Made by a program: the position numbers and the translations under genes. From Adineta vaga (taxonomy: Eukaryota; Animalia; Rotifera), in contig CP075493.1 of NCBI GenBank assembly GCA_021613535.1, positions 12,710,001 to 12,774,000 on the forward strand: a stretch of 64,000 bases of DNA, in the 5' to 3' direction. Positions within the stretch are counted from its first letter, which is position 1. Each line of letters opens with the position of its first letter. The notes beneath the pieces are model-generated. The model made no database searches. It was not told the origin of the DNA and saw nothing but the letters and a program-made list of their open reading frames with translations. Below are positions 25,826-39,647 of this stretch, one piece after another.

Positions 25826-27583
25826 ATGGCAAAGCAAAATTTATTCATGTTAAAATTATGGCTAATACTAACTATTGGCTTCACAAATGCTGATGTTGAA
25901 CTTCAAACACGGAAAGGAATTATTTATGGTCAACAAACTCAATACTCAAATGAGTATTTAGGGTTAGAGAAACTTTGAATATTCAAAATATAAATCTTAC
26001 TCTTAATATGAATGTTTTTTAGAATTCAATATGCGACAACAGAACGATGGAAACCACCAGTTGATCTTGCATCTGAAAAATTTTCACAAGGTTCATTTCA
26101 AGCAACATCCTTTGGTCCATGTTGTCCTCAATCAAATGCAGGAGTTTTTATACCTGCACAAGATGAACAATGTTTGTATCTGAATATATATACACCATTA
26201 AACACAACAAATCAATCTTTAATACCAGTTCTTGTTTGGATACATGGAGGTGGTCTTCAAGTTGGTTGCTCATCACAAAGTAATCCTGTTTTATACAATG
26301 GTACAAATATTATTGCTAATGCACCTTCAGAACAACCAGTTATTGTCGTAACAATAAATTATAGATTAGGTATACTAGGTGACTTGTACTTGAATGAATT
26401 AGTCGCGGAAAATCCATCGGAATGGCCTACAGCTGGGAATTATTATTATCTGGATATGTTATCAGCATTGCGTTGGATCAAAATGAATATTCATGACTAT
26501 GGCGGTAATCCTGACAATGTTTTACTATTTGGTGAAAGTTCTGGAGCTAATGCTGTTATTGATATTGGTGCATTAAAAGGATCAGCAAATCTTTATCAAC
26601 ATATTATATCACAATCGGGTGGTGGTGGATTTCATGCTTATTATACAAATACGAGCAATGCTTTGATAGAATCGAATCAGATTATTCGAAATATGAATTG
26701 TACAAATCAAAATATTTTGATCTGTTTACGTAATTCTTCGATTTCTAATTTACTTTCTGCTTATGGTTTACATCAAACAAAAGTAATTGTTGATAAATAT
26801 TTTCTACCCTATTATCCACCGTTAGCGATTGAGAAAGGAATATACAATGAAAATATTAGTATGATCATTGGTCGAAATGAATATGAATCTCCTATGTGTT
26901 TTTCTGATCCGGATATGAATTTAACTACTATCAGACAAATGCTCATTTCAGGTTTCGGAGAAAAATGGACGGATATATTTATTGAACATTCTCAATTGAG
27001 TAATTGTTCAACAGATAGAAATGCTACAAATCGTTGTTGTGATATGGCTCGTTTACTTCTCACAGATCTCGTACTTGATTGTAGTGCTCGTCGTATTTAC
27101 AATAATTTATATAAAGAAAACAATCAACAAACATTATATTGGTATCATATGGATTGTAATTATGGTGTGTGTCCAGTAAAATCAGCTGCAGAAGGAAAAG
27201 GTCTATGTATGCATGCAACAGAACTTCCATATGTCTTTGGAACAGTAAGCGACATGTATTCAAATGATCTACCTAATTGTACATGGGATGATGAAACAAG
27301 AATGTTTTCAAGTCAAATCATTTCACATTGGATCAATTTAGCAACAAATGGAGAACCATTGAAAGAATGGTTAAGCTATAGCCCATCAAAACCAAAATAT
27401 TTTCAAATTACACCTTTTCATCAATTTTCATCTTTCACATCCGATAGAAATTGTTCACGCATTGATCAATATGAACAAGAGATGGTCGAGCAGATGTTTG
27501 GCGATTCCAAAAATCATGGTTCACGAAACTATGTAACCATAAATATTACTATTTTACTCTTTGTATTTATACTAATATTTTAA
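25826..27583 (+). CDS. Type-B carboxylesterase, secreted/GPI-anchored-like (2 exons)
   Basis: Signal peptide MLKLWLILTIGFTNAD; EQCLYLNIYTP, WIHGGG, INYRLG, GESSG nucleophile elbow, MHATELPYVFG; hydrophobic C-tail. Confidence 0.93.
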
Positions 27584-27787
27584 ACTGACTCTATTTTTAT
27601 AACATGAATTTTAAAAAAAAGAATAATTGACGTCATTTCGTATCCGTCATGAATCACTTTCTTATCTCTTCTTCGGACATCTGAAAGATATGAATGACAA
27701 AAGACAGATACATTTTTTCTCATTTAGATGTTAAACTAGGTTTTTATGATTTTTTCATGACAAAAATTTCATTTCATTCAAACTAAA

Positions 27788-28064
27788 ATGAATCGTCGAT
27801 ATTTCAGTGTCTTCATGCTACAACAATGAACAGTATGTATTGAAATTTGAAGAGTATACATTTGATTGATAAATATTGCTTCTTTTTTCTCTTTTTTTTT
27901 TAAAAGTTAAACCTGATGAACAAGTCAAAGGTGGATGTCCACAAGCAGAAAAAGTCTGCCGTGGATTTGGTGGCGATGATTTATGTAATAGTCATTGTCG
28001 ACAATGTGGTTATGAACGTGGTGCTTGTGGAGGATTCGGTTGGCAAACTTGTCAATGTTTATAA
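27788..28064 (+). CDS. CS-alpha-beta defensin-like peptide (8 Cys); signal-peptide exon appears frameshifted
   Basis: Exon 27907-28064 encodes GGCPQAEKVCRGFGGDDLCNSHCRQCGYERGACGGFGWQTCQCL (CxxxC...GxC...CxC); phase-1 intron 27833-27906. Confidence 0.75.
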
Positions 28065-28179
28065 ATCAAAATTTATTCTTTAATGTAATTATATATTTTT
28101 TCTCGTTTATCAGAGAGAGAAAAAAATAACCAATATTTGTTTATATGGAAGTAGAAAAAAAACGATGTATATAAAAAAA

Positions 28180-29977
28180 TCAACATAAATGTTCACTTCT
28201 TGGTTGAGCAATTGAATTTTGTTTTAAAATTCTTCCTTCTGATTGTTTCGCTCGTTTACATGAGATTACAATAAATTTCTTATCCTCAATTTCAAATCGA
28301 ACATAAGCATCATCATCATCACTAGTATTCGATAATTGATCAATTAATACTGCTAAATGTTTTATATTCTCAATTGGAATACCATTCACGCTTTTTAATA
28401 TATTATTTGTTACATCCGACGTGATGCCATAATTCACATCATCAATCAGTATTTGACTGATAAAAACAATTTGTTGATTTAATTCTTCTAAATGACTACG
28501 TAATGCTAAATTAACTAGATTTGTTGGAGCTTTTCGATGCCAATCACGTTTACCAAATTCATATAAATAAAATCGACTTAATACTGTAAATACAATGCCA
28601 GCATAAATCAAATATTCTGGCTTTTTATCATGAAGATGTAATGGAACAAGCGTTGGAATTTTATCCAATGAACTAGTTAATGTTAATTCTTTACCTTGTC
28701 TTATCACCTTTAACGTTATAATGTCATCAACAAATTTTAATTTTTCTATATATCTAAAACTAAGTCTTTCACCACGACGAAAATAAATTGTACCATCATC
28801 AGCAATCGGTACATTATCGATTGCAGTAATAACATCATCTTCTTGTAATACTTTACTAAGAATACATGCCTTTTCAATTGATGTTACTAATATTCCATGT
28901 TGATCGTCAGTTAATTTTAAATATTCACGGTATGATGTATTTTCCATATGTTGATAATAAAATTTCATTATTGGAAATGCAGTATATTTATTATGCAATT
29001 CAATATCATCTAAGACATGTTGGATGACTACTACAGGTACAATATAGCCAATTAATTGAGCTTGAGCTTGACCTTGAAATGACATACCAATCACATGTTT
29101 TCCTGAAATATACGTATTAAAAATCTATTTATAATAAAGAAAAATTTCCTTTTTTTTCTATACCTTGAATAGCTGGTCCACCACTGTTACCAGGATTGAT
29201 TGCAGCATCGATTTGTATTGTTAATAAATGTTCAAGTGAATGTGAATAAGTTGACATAACAACGCGAGAAACAACACCTTTTGTTACTGATAAATTATCC
29301 CCGCCTATTATGAACGAATAACAACGAAATTCGTATAATAGAAAGAATTTCTTTTACCTATTGGATATCCCACAACTGTTATTGATTCTTGTAGTCGAGG
29401 TATAGTATCACTGAATGTTAATGGTTCTAGTCCATTCCAGAATTTATCGTCATCAACTGTCATAATGACTAAATCACATTCATGTGCCATATACAAAATA
29501 CGTGCGGAATATTTTTTCGCATCACCATGCTTTCGTATACGAATACTCGAAGCATTTGTAACAGCATGAGCATTTGATAGAATCCATCGATTTTTTATTA
29601 TAAAACCTGATGAAGTATGAGCTACCTGACGTTTCATTTGCCTATAGATAAGAAGTTGTCACTCGTTTATATTCGTTCATAATAAATTAGAAGTAAACGT
29701 CTTACCATGGTAAATAAAAATTGCACGGTATTGAAGTGCAAAAGACTTTAACAACACTATTCAATACCAATTCTAATGATTCAATAGCATCAGGATCGGT
29801 TTCTGTTGCAAGCAAAGAATCAATCGTTTTAGTTGATGATTGTTGGTTTGGTAATATAGGTCGCTGTTGAGAATCTACTTCTTCACTATTACCTAAATTC
29901 AATTGATCCGCAATTGATGTTGATAAATCATCTGCTAATGAAAGAGGATCTTCTTCAACGAGTGTATTATCTTCCAT
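28180..29977 (-). CDS. Deg/HtrA serine protease of plant Deg2/Deg9 type with two PDZ-like domains (4 exons)
   Basis: SVVKVFC...NFYLPW, LSNAHAV (His), HECDLVI (Asp), [15 protein letters not shown] (Ser), [30 protein letters not shown]. Confidence 0.92.
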
Positions 29978-30907
29978 AATTTTTCTCTAATTAGAGATCT
30001 ATCTAGAATCAACAATTTCAAGTAAAGACAATAAACAATAGGTCAGACAGCATTGTTTTACTACAAACAATGAGAACTATCACCTAATCCTTCATCGTTT
30101 TTTGTAGGTGAATATGACAGATACTTTTGATTTCTAACTATACATTAACGCAAGAATTAAGACATCATATTACATGAATCATTATTTCAACCAATCATGT
30201 TTGAAATGAAAGCCTCTATACAACAGAGGAATATTTAATTTTACTTATTCACGCATTTATACGATGTCTTTTTCTGACATCTATTACTAATTAGTATACT
30301 TCCTACTATTTTAATAATGCTAACGAATTATACAAGAAGAGGTCGCTAGAAAACCATCGTTTGAAGAGATGTCATGAATGAATTACAACGGATACTATAC
30401 TATCGTAATATATTGATTCGTCGATGATGATTTCCTTTAACGAAGGAATTTTGATATCAGATACAAGCATTAATGATAAAATTGCGACAATCCATTAGTT
30501 GAAACCAACAGCTTTCTTTATCATCGTAAGATAACGAATGCAATTGATATGAACTTTTGTACAGTAAGTATGATCATGATAAACCGGTAAAAACATATGA
30601 ATATTTGCTTGAGTGTCATCTGATACGCATATCGAATTGTGATTTTCTCTTACGATTAATTGGATGCAATAGAAGCTATTGAATAGTATAGTGGAGTAGC
30701 TACAATGTCATCTCATTTAAAAGAAAGAAAGCAAATTTCAACAGTTGTAAGGTGTTAAAGCATCGATAACTCTTTATTCGCTTGACGTTTATCTTATCGC
30801 ACACACTCTCGATACAAAATGAACAACTATATATAGGTTTGCAAAAGGAAAAAACCATATATGAATACGAAAGGAAAATCCCTAAAATGAAAATCTTCTA
30901 GAATAAC

Positions 30908-31690
30908 ATGAAAGATGACAGAGAGGACTAATCCCCCTATATGAAAGAGAAGAAAATACCTCTCGATAGAGAGAATGACAAGAGGGGAAAATACCTATAT
31001 AAAAGAACAGAAAGGAAAATGTCTATCGATAGAGAGAGGATAATACATATGTAAGAAGAATAGAAAGGAGAACGAAAGAGAATATAACAGATAAATTCAA
31101 CATATATGGATTCGGAATTTATTGATGAAGACTTATGCTTACCATCAATGTATTCTTTTCTATGCCATGCAAGAAGAACCAAGTATTGTGATAGATGAAT
31201 TTCTTTAATGTTAAATAGAAAAAAAAATTTATACCTCGTCGAATTCGATGTTGTTTATATATCAATGGTTGATGGAGTGCAAACGCTTATTAGACAGGTA
31301 CTAATGATAAGCATAGCAACTATGTTTTCTATATTTTTCTGTATAGTATTTCGATCGTACGAATGAACTATATTGCACAGTTATTATTTAAAAGGTGAAC
31401 GTTGTCTTGTTCATTGTGCTGCTAGTAAGCTCAAATTGTCATCTCTCAATGTTCGTGTTCAGAATAGTGAAATCACGAATGAAATTTTTTCTATAGGTGT
31501 TTCGAGATCAACAACGATTATCTATCCTATAGTATCATCACAATACACTCAAAGACACTTTTCTTTATCTTATCGATAAACGAATTCCAATCGATCCTAA
31601 TGAAGGCTTTTTATTACAATTATTTCGTTACGAAAATGAACTGATCAAATCACATGAAATTGAAACATGTAATCTTACAGCAAAATTTTA
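30908..31690 (+). pseudogene. Dual-specificity phosphatase pseudogene
   Basis: KGERCLVHCAA / GVSRSTTI and PIDPNEGFLLQLFRYENEL in broken frames; multiple stops and deletions upstream. Confidence 0.7.
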
Positions 31691-31914
31691 ACAAGTATTT
31701 ATCTTCTGTTCTTCTATATATAATTTCTATATAATGGAATAGAAACAGATATTTGAACGATCTTAATATTTCATGCGTAACTAAATTTAATATAACTATA
31801 TGTAACCTAAATCAGGAATAAGATAACGAATATCAGAAAATTTGATCTATTATTCGAATGAGCAGAAATGAAAATTATCTTTCTTTCTAACTAAAAGATT
31901 ATTTGGATTCAAAG

Positions 31915-32300
31915 TGTTATCTTGTACACATGGCATCCATCGCACTGGTAAAGATATTTATGTTTATTATGCAAGACTTATTGTTCAATTTTAACAATCA
32001 TAGATAGTATTTGCAGAAAAATCGATGCGAAAAACAATTCAGCGTCAATTTGATGTTCACTCTCTTACCAGTGATTATGACAGTAGATGATCAAGTTTGA
32101 TCTTTCTCAGCATTCATTTATTGATTTATGGTTACTCTTGAGTATTTTTGTCATATTCACAATGAGAAATCTCCGTCGATAGCAGCCATTCAACTGTAAC
32201 AAATCGATATCAAACACAATATCGTCAACTTGCTATATAACTTCTATCTGAAATTCTTACACTTATTCTTTTCAATCCATGAATATCATCATTAGAAGTT
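31915..32300 (+). pseudogene. Heavily decayed 7TM GPCR relic
   Basis: MRNLRR...NRYQTQYRQLAI.LLSEILTLILFNP resembles the ICL3/TM6 of the neighbouring GPCRs; many stops. Confidence 0.45.
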
Positions 32301-33120
32301 TAAAAAAAATGATGAACAAAATGCAATTGATTCTACTTTTGCTTTCCACTTTGATCAATCCAGTGACTCATTTCGAAGAATAATAAAATCCTTCTTTCGC
32401 TACGAAAATGCAGTCTCGTGAGTCATGCTATGAAATGAGCACAGATCAAACTGAAAAGAAAAACTAAATTGTTACTTTCGATATAATCGTAATGTATGTA
32501 TTAATCATCTATTATATACTGAGCTTGATGTTAGGTGAGAGTTTCGAAGTCAACAATTGCATTTTTTTGTTGAATAGAATAAAGGAACTTATTAATCCTT
32601 TTCTACATCTTTTTATGTTGGAAGAAAATTTGATTGTTTTCATAGTAAAAAAGCATAGCATTCTTCACTTCTTTGTCGTCTTTAAAAATCATGAAATAAA
32701 ACGAAAAACAAGAAATAACCATGCCCACTACTCTATAGACAAATACAATAATAGGTAAACATTTTCACAAAAAAACGGCCAAATTTTCAGTCTGTTTTTT
32801 CATCATGCAATCAAATATTCCTTCATACGCTAAGGCTGAAGTATATTCAGTCTTCTCACATCTGTTCTTTGAATTAAAGACAGATTAGATATAAGCTCGA
32901 GTTGAACAAACTACACTAGTAACCATTATTTGATTCTATTTTATATCTCATCTAGACAGAAGTCGACGATTAGACAACATCTGCACCACAGCAAACAGTG
33001 AACACATTCATCTATTTATTGATACATTATTACTTGAAAATGTAAGTAAAAAATTGCTGATTTACTATTCGAACACATCTATGAATTAGGGCTGGCCGAG
33101 TCACAGCACAACCAATCGAT

Positions 33121-33552
33121 ATGAACAATTTTGGAAACACATTTTCCACACTTGATACTGAACATTTCATTCGAATGTACCAGTGTAATGAAGGGTGCTG
33201 TGGACCCAAATCACTTGTTATCGTTAATGATAAGCGAATCATTGTTCGACGAGAAGAAGCAAGTATTTGCTGTTGTCTAGGAGGTGCTCATATTGACTCA
33301 GCGATCTTTATGCGTGATATTCAGCTGTTAAGAGAATACAGAGGTCAATCGAACGAATCATGCTTCACTACAATTGTCATCATTGTGACTTGCACATGGC
33401 CTTTATTACTCTTTTCACAATGTTGTGGTGATCAAGCTAAAATGCTCGAAATAAAAGGTGGTTTTGGCTCTGAATTACTCAAGTTCAAGGCAGAAGAAAT
33501 GAAAATCGCTGCTGATGAATTATCGTCGATCATCCTACCATTAAAGAGTTGA
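33121..33552 (+). CDS. Small Cys-cluster protein, possibly PH-like fold (upstream exons from ~32805 uncertain)
   Basis: CNEGCCG, VNDKRII, ICCC and QCC clusters with one hydrophobic stretch; splice acceptor at ~33089. Confidence 0.55.
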   Translation: MNNFGNTFSTLDTEHFIRMYQCNEGCCGPKSLVIVNDKRIIVRREEASICCCLGGAHIDSAIFMRDIQLLREYRGQSNESCFTTIVIIVTCTWPLLLFSQCCGDQAKMLEIKGGFGSELLKFKAEEMKIAADELSSIILPLKS

Positions 33553-33864
33553 TAGTGATTAAACTAAGTTATTTTCATTTTTGATTTGATATTTTTATTT
33601 TTACTCAAGATACTCTTCTTTCGTTTCTTTTTTATTCACCGATGATGTTTGTGTTGACGATTCTTGAAAAGAATTTCGTCGTACTCATCATTTCATCACC
33701 TGGTAACAACGAAAATAAAACCTTGAAAATATACAAACTATTATGGTTGTTAAAAAGGTGTATAGTAAAATAAAGTGATGACATATCAATGAGATCATTG
33801 TTATTCATTACGATTTAATATTTACTGATGGCATAAGTGTAATATTCTCGCTCCTTCTATTAGG

Positions 33865-34119
33865 ATGTATAAAATTGGACAACATCTTCAATTTCTATCA
33901 GATTCACTCATGGAGGCAGGTATTCTACGATGTGATTTTGACATAGCTTGCAATGATTTCATTTTCGATGTATATTGGGCTGTAACTGATGATGCACATC
34001 CTCAGTCTGTTGATCTTGATCATAGATTAAATACAACTTCTGGTCATTATCTTTTTCATAATCCATCAAGTAAACTAATTGTTCAATTAGCTGAAATAAA
34101 AAAACTAATGATTGGCTAA
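33865..34119 (+). pseudogene. MAM-domain fragment
   Basis: CDFDIAC....W.......P...DH..NTTSGHY matches the N-terminal half of a MAM domain; stops prematurely. Confidence 0.55.
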
Positions 34120-35366
34120 TATTATCTAGTAATCGTGCATCTTAAGGGTGTCAAAATATATGTGATGAAACAAAATGTTCCTCTTGAGGATTTTTCATTT
34201 GTTCGATATGTTAAAAATGTATATAACAACATATCGCATTAGCTAATATATGTACAAGGAACCATTGCACCAAATCCGAATTTTTGAGAGTTAAAGATGA
34301 TGGTGAACGATCTTTAAATCATCGAATATCCTCCTTACAAAAGATGCGTAGTGTTTGAAAATTCATCAGTTTCGTAAACAAATTTTTATTTGATTAATAA
34401 ATATTATAGGATAGGATAAAACATATAATGATCAAAAACGATTTAAATTTGAAATAATTAACAAATCAAAATCAATCATGTAGAAGAGTTTTGTAGAAAA
34501 AGAAAATTAATTTTCACGTAAACAGATGAATAGTAGTTGTATTCAATGTGTATCAACACGTATATACAATGATAATGTTTCGCTTGGTACAGAATGAGTT
34601 AATTAATTGTTTCGAGTATTCTTATAGCATTTTCAATTGGAAATTAATGACTATTTATTTCAAATGATTGAAGAGTAGAACATATTTTTTGTTCTCTGTG
34701 ATTGTAAAGAGTATAAGAATCAATAACGAATTTTTAGATAAACTTTGAATGGTACTATTTTGAGAGAGGCTCAAAACTATTTCCAACTGACGATAAATGA
34801 AAGATGCTATAATCGTATTAGTAATATCATTTTGATCATTTTACAGTAAACGGAGCTTTTATAAATACATTAGTGAATAGAATTCTAGTAAGCATAGTAC
34901 GGCTGTTTCAGTTTTGTCAGTTGCAAATAAATGTATACACTAGATTCGAAACTCATAAGCTCATGGATACTTAGCAATATTCATTAATGACATTCACCAA
35001 TGATTGAAAATATTTTTGATGATTTATTTAGTTATCATAACAAAAGAATGAAATCAATCTCTGCATGATTGTTCACTATATACGTTGACAATAACAGAAT
35101 CATTCATCATTTCGTACATATTTACATAAAATGTGCATTTATTCGTTTGTCCGTAAGTATTACTTTCTATTTCTAACCACATTACTAAGGGAATCGAAAA
35201 AAGTACATATGGTTGACATCAATGTCCTTTTCATAGTTATGCAAACATTCATCAGTTTATTTTTAATCACTAAGTAAATAATAAGAAAAATCATTTTCAT
35301 ATTCTCACGTTCTTAGTTATTTGAATCACTTACATTTTGTGACACATACGGTAGTATTAACTACAA

Positions 35367-38177
35367 ATGTTGTTTTCACATCAATGGTATATATGGTACT
35401 TATTGGTTATCGCTTCAAATGTTTACTGTTTTACACCTGATACATCACCATTCGATGCATATGGTCTTAAACTTGCTGCTAATGATCTACTTTTAGTTGA
35501 ATCTATCTCTTCGGTTTCTTTATTTCTTCTACGTTTAGCACCATTTAATTATTCTCTGACTTGTACAATTCCATACAATGATTCAAATCAATATGTATAT
35601 GCTGTAACACTTCAATCATATATTACATTCAATGATACCATTCGTTTCGTATTTATTGGTGTGAATAAAATGACTGATGTACCATTTATTGGTTCATTAA
35701 CATATACAGGTATAACAGGAGCAGCATATATAGCAACGATAAATTCCACGCGAAAAGTAAAATTTCCTTGTACGGGTTGGCAAAGTGGTAATTACCATAT
35801 TCATTATATTGATCAAATTACAAGTAGTAATCTTCAAGATACTGATGCCGAGAGGTTTTTTGTTGTGACTATTACGTAAGTATATTTCTTCTATTGTATT
35901 CATTTTAGATTTCTGTCTCTATTCTTATGTGTATAGACCCACCGGTGAATATGCCTATGCATTTACGAATACATTTCTAATTATTTATGATCTCAATCGA
36001 GATATGATTGCTACTCAACTGGGTAACGATACTTGGCCCGATACATCTTTTCTTCCACGAGCTGTTGATGTTAATCAAGATTCACTTATCGTTGTCTTTG
36101 GATATGTCGGTGATTCCGATAGTAAATATATGCCCTGCGCTTATCTGTTGAATATAACAAATACATTTTTTACTGTTATGGACACATGGTTATATACGCC
36201 ACCAACGAGTTCATCATGGCAAGCAAGTCTTACCAATTGGGATGCAGATATTTATGCATCAAAATATGATCTTTCTGTAAGTATCAATGATGCTGGTGAT
36301 AAAGTTTTATTTGGTATTCAAATAATGAATACAATTGCTTTACTTAATATTGATCGAATGCATCAAAATTTCAGTACATCATCTCAATCATTATCAAATG
36401 GAAAAGCAATTGGAATGGGTAAAACAGTTGCTTGGCTCGATACTGATCTGATTATAATATTGGTCAATACATATTCATTGAATTACATTTGGTCATCGTC
36501 ACAAATATTTGTGTACAATGTTAGTATTGATAATAGTTTTATTGTCACAGCAATTTTTCCAAATATTCAACAAACATTATCACCTACATTTGGTCCTATT
36601 CTTATTTCATTCGATGTAACTCTCAATGGAACAGTAGTATTATTAGATTCGCAAGGCAATTATTATTTACTTCTTCCTTCACCTACTGGTTCATTTTCAG
36701 ACAGTAGTTCAAGAACATCTTCGTCATCATCGCTCTGTATTCCTGGTACTTTTACTTCAAAAACGAATATTCTACCCTGTTCACTCTGTGCTCCCAATAG
36801 TACAACAAATGGTCTTGAGGGTCAATCTTCTTGTGTACCTTGCACAAATAATAGTTTTTGTTCATTAGGTGCCGCTTTTGGTAATATTGATATATTATCA
36901 TCTATTCTAAAAAATGTCAATCAAGCACGTGCATATCCTGTTTCTCCCCAATCGATTCGTTTTGATAATATTCTTATAGAGAATATGTTTGTTATTAATT
37001 ATTCATCCACATCACGTTGTTTAGTTCGATCACCACTTTTCTGGGCATTAATTGTTATTCTAGTTGGTTTATTCGTTTGGATCATTATGTTTATCTTCAA
37101 ACGTCATGTTCAACATCCACTAGGAAAGAAAACACATCAACAAATGGAACGATTTTTGAAGAAAACAGATTTGATCGGCGAAGGAGAAATGGTTATTGGT
37201 GGATTATTCAGTTTTGCTATTCTTGTTCTCGTAATATTTGCATATGCATTCAGTAATTCCTATTTTCAACGTTATCCTATTGAAAATGTTTATGAAGATG
37301 TGTACTTTGCTTGTGATGAATCCATGACCAATGCACAATTTAGTTCTGGTTTAATGCCTATTGGTATTCCACCCGATGATCTTGAAGAACCTATGTTTAC
37401 TTTGCTCGATACTCAACCGTTGACATTATACATGGATTTTATTAATACAGTCTTCAATTGTACAGATATATCTGTATCACAAATCAAAGATATTAGTCTA
37501 CAAATGACACTTTCATCTTGTAATGATAGTGCTAGTACAATTTCTTTATCATTACTTTTACCATCGAATGATATTAATCTTCAAATAGCACTTGCTGGTT
37601 CGCATACAATCGGTGCCTTTCGTCTGAGTTTTCAAGGGCCTGCTACAGAATTAGTGAATACGAAAGAAGCCGCCTCATATACACTTCAAAACTTGATGTT
37701 TGCACAGACCTTATCATTGGAAAGTCGATTATTAACACAACAAGCATCATGTTCATTACAGTTAACTAAAATAATTAATCGTACCTATCCATAATCGAAG
37801 AACATGGTGAAACTCGTTTTAGTGGCCTTTGGTTACCAACACTTTCTACAAGTCTTGATAAAATGTTTGTTGACGAAAATGAATACAAATTTAGTACGAG
37901 TACAAGCACTGTTCTTTCGATTGTCATCAATGAAACACCATATTATGTATTAAATATTCAAAAACCAATTACTGCGAAACAAGAACTTGTTTTTAGTAAT
38001 CTTCTGTATACAATTGTATGTTTAGAAATCTTTGGATTAGGTTTTCTTCTCTTTAAACTTATAATCATTCCGTTTCTTAAATGGATTTTATGTCATTTTC
38101 GTCAACGTCAATCTTCGTCGGACAAATTCCCTATAAACAAACGTTCTCTCACAGTAGAATTCGACACGCCTTTGTAA
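35367..38177 (+). CDS. Signal peptide + beta-rich ectodomain + GCC2/GCC3 (ephrin-receptor-like) Cys repeat + 3 TM protein; 1-bp frameshift at ~37792
   Basis: Intron near 35876-35937; CIPGTF...PCSLCAPNSTT....SSCVPC; TM segments FWALIVILVGLFVWII, MVIGGLFSFAILVLVIFAY and YTIVCLEIFGLGFLLFKLII. Adding one T (CCA TTA ATC) fuses the last two ORFs. Confidence 0.75.
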
Positions 38178-39206
38178 TGCACTTTTTCTTACATATTTTT
38201 TGTTAATAATGTCTTGTGCATATCTTTTTTAATGCTTTTAGTTCTACATTCGATAGACTTTGTGTTGTTCTATACAAATGAATGTTTCAGTGAGAGAGAG
38301 AGACACAATCACTTATTTTTTCCCTTCTAAATCAATTCAATTCATCGTTGATTTAAGCATTTGTTCGCGTGGTGTAAAAATTGATGAGATGATTGAGTAT
38401 TTTATCGTCAAAAAAACGTGTTGTGACGAATGCTTTTAAGATGATGTTGTTGTTTTCTTTTGAAGATATCTTTCATGTGCAGCACGAATGGGCAAGAATA
38501 TGTTTTTTCATTTACATTTATGTCTGTTTTTTGACAAAAACTCTTCCATTTAGTTAATTGTATAGTGTATAGTTAATTAAGATCGATACAGTTCTTTTTT
38601 GTTGTTTAAAGATTTTATTATGAAGTACAGTTATCGAATTTGTATCATAAATATTTTACCTTAGTCGAGATGAACTTTAGTATAAATTGGGTACTGTCCT
38701 TGTATTATAACAAGAAAATGACAATATTCACATAAATTATGAACTTTTATCGTAAAGGAATTCGTCGTTTTTTCAATATCTTCAGTATTATTCACAAAAT
38801 GTAAATATTACAAATACAAACAATTTATGATGAATCCTTTCCAGTTGAAAATGACGTATAAATGAATGTAATGCTTTCAGAGAATGTTGTTAAGAACTAT
38901 AAGTTATTGAATAATTATAAAGTGAAATAAAAGGTCTATTGCTATTTGCTCACTCTTTTTTATACTCTTTAAACCGACTATTACCAGTTAATGCGTTGAA
39001 AATTGCATTGTTTTTATGTGTTGATATTGATCGAAAGTAAATAGTAGACTATTAATTTTATTTAGTTTATTCAATAAAATAAATGAAATGATTCACACAG
39101 TAAAATGCGATAAAGAATAAGGCAGCTGAATTAACATATACATATATATAGAAAATCTCTCAAACGGAAAAATGATCTTTAAGTTGATAATCTTCTTTTA
39201 TATCCA

Positions 39207-39647
39207 TCAATGTTTAACAAAAAGAGCAAGAAAAGTAAGACCAAGAAGAAATGGTGCAAGATAGTTGCTTAGTGCCCCATTACAGTAATCTGTGGAACAG
39301 CAATATATGCCATAACCTCCAACACTGCTAGCTACACACGAGGATGATGAAGCATAACCACCGCGACTAGTGAGTAAACCAGCTGCAGTACTTTTCTATA
39401 CAGAATATATAAAATAATAAGCAACAAGAAAATATCTACTTACATAGCAAACTGCTTGACTGGCACTTGTGGGTGATACACCTGAGCCCGTCGCATTAAA
39501 TGGCTCGCATCCTCCCGATCCAACGGAGCATTGATAGCACGTGATACTAGCACAAATAGGTAGCATAGCTAGAAAATAAATGTCTTCGATTATTTAAGAT
39601 AAACTATTTAACGTACCCAAGAGGCATATTACAGTCGACCAGTTCAT
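39207..39647 (-). CDS. Three-finger (Ly6/LU) GPI-anchored protein A, 8-Cys type (3 exons)
   Basis: MNWSTVICLLAMLPICASITCYQCSVGSGGCEPFNATGSGVSPTSASQAVCYKSTAAGLLTSRGGYASSSSCVASSVGGYGIYCCSTDYCNGALSNYLAPFLLGLTFLALFVKH*; CCxxxxCN motif and hydrophobic tail. Confidence 0.88.

Noticed and set aside
19345-29977. Bacterial or fungal contamination as the source of the foreign-looking genes
   Set aside because: Most carry host-sized introns, have similar base composition and are contiguous with animal genes; only the intronless 19345 gene needs read-level confirmation.
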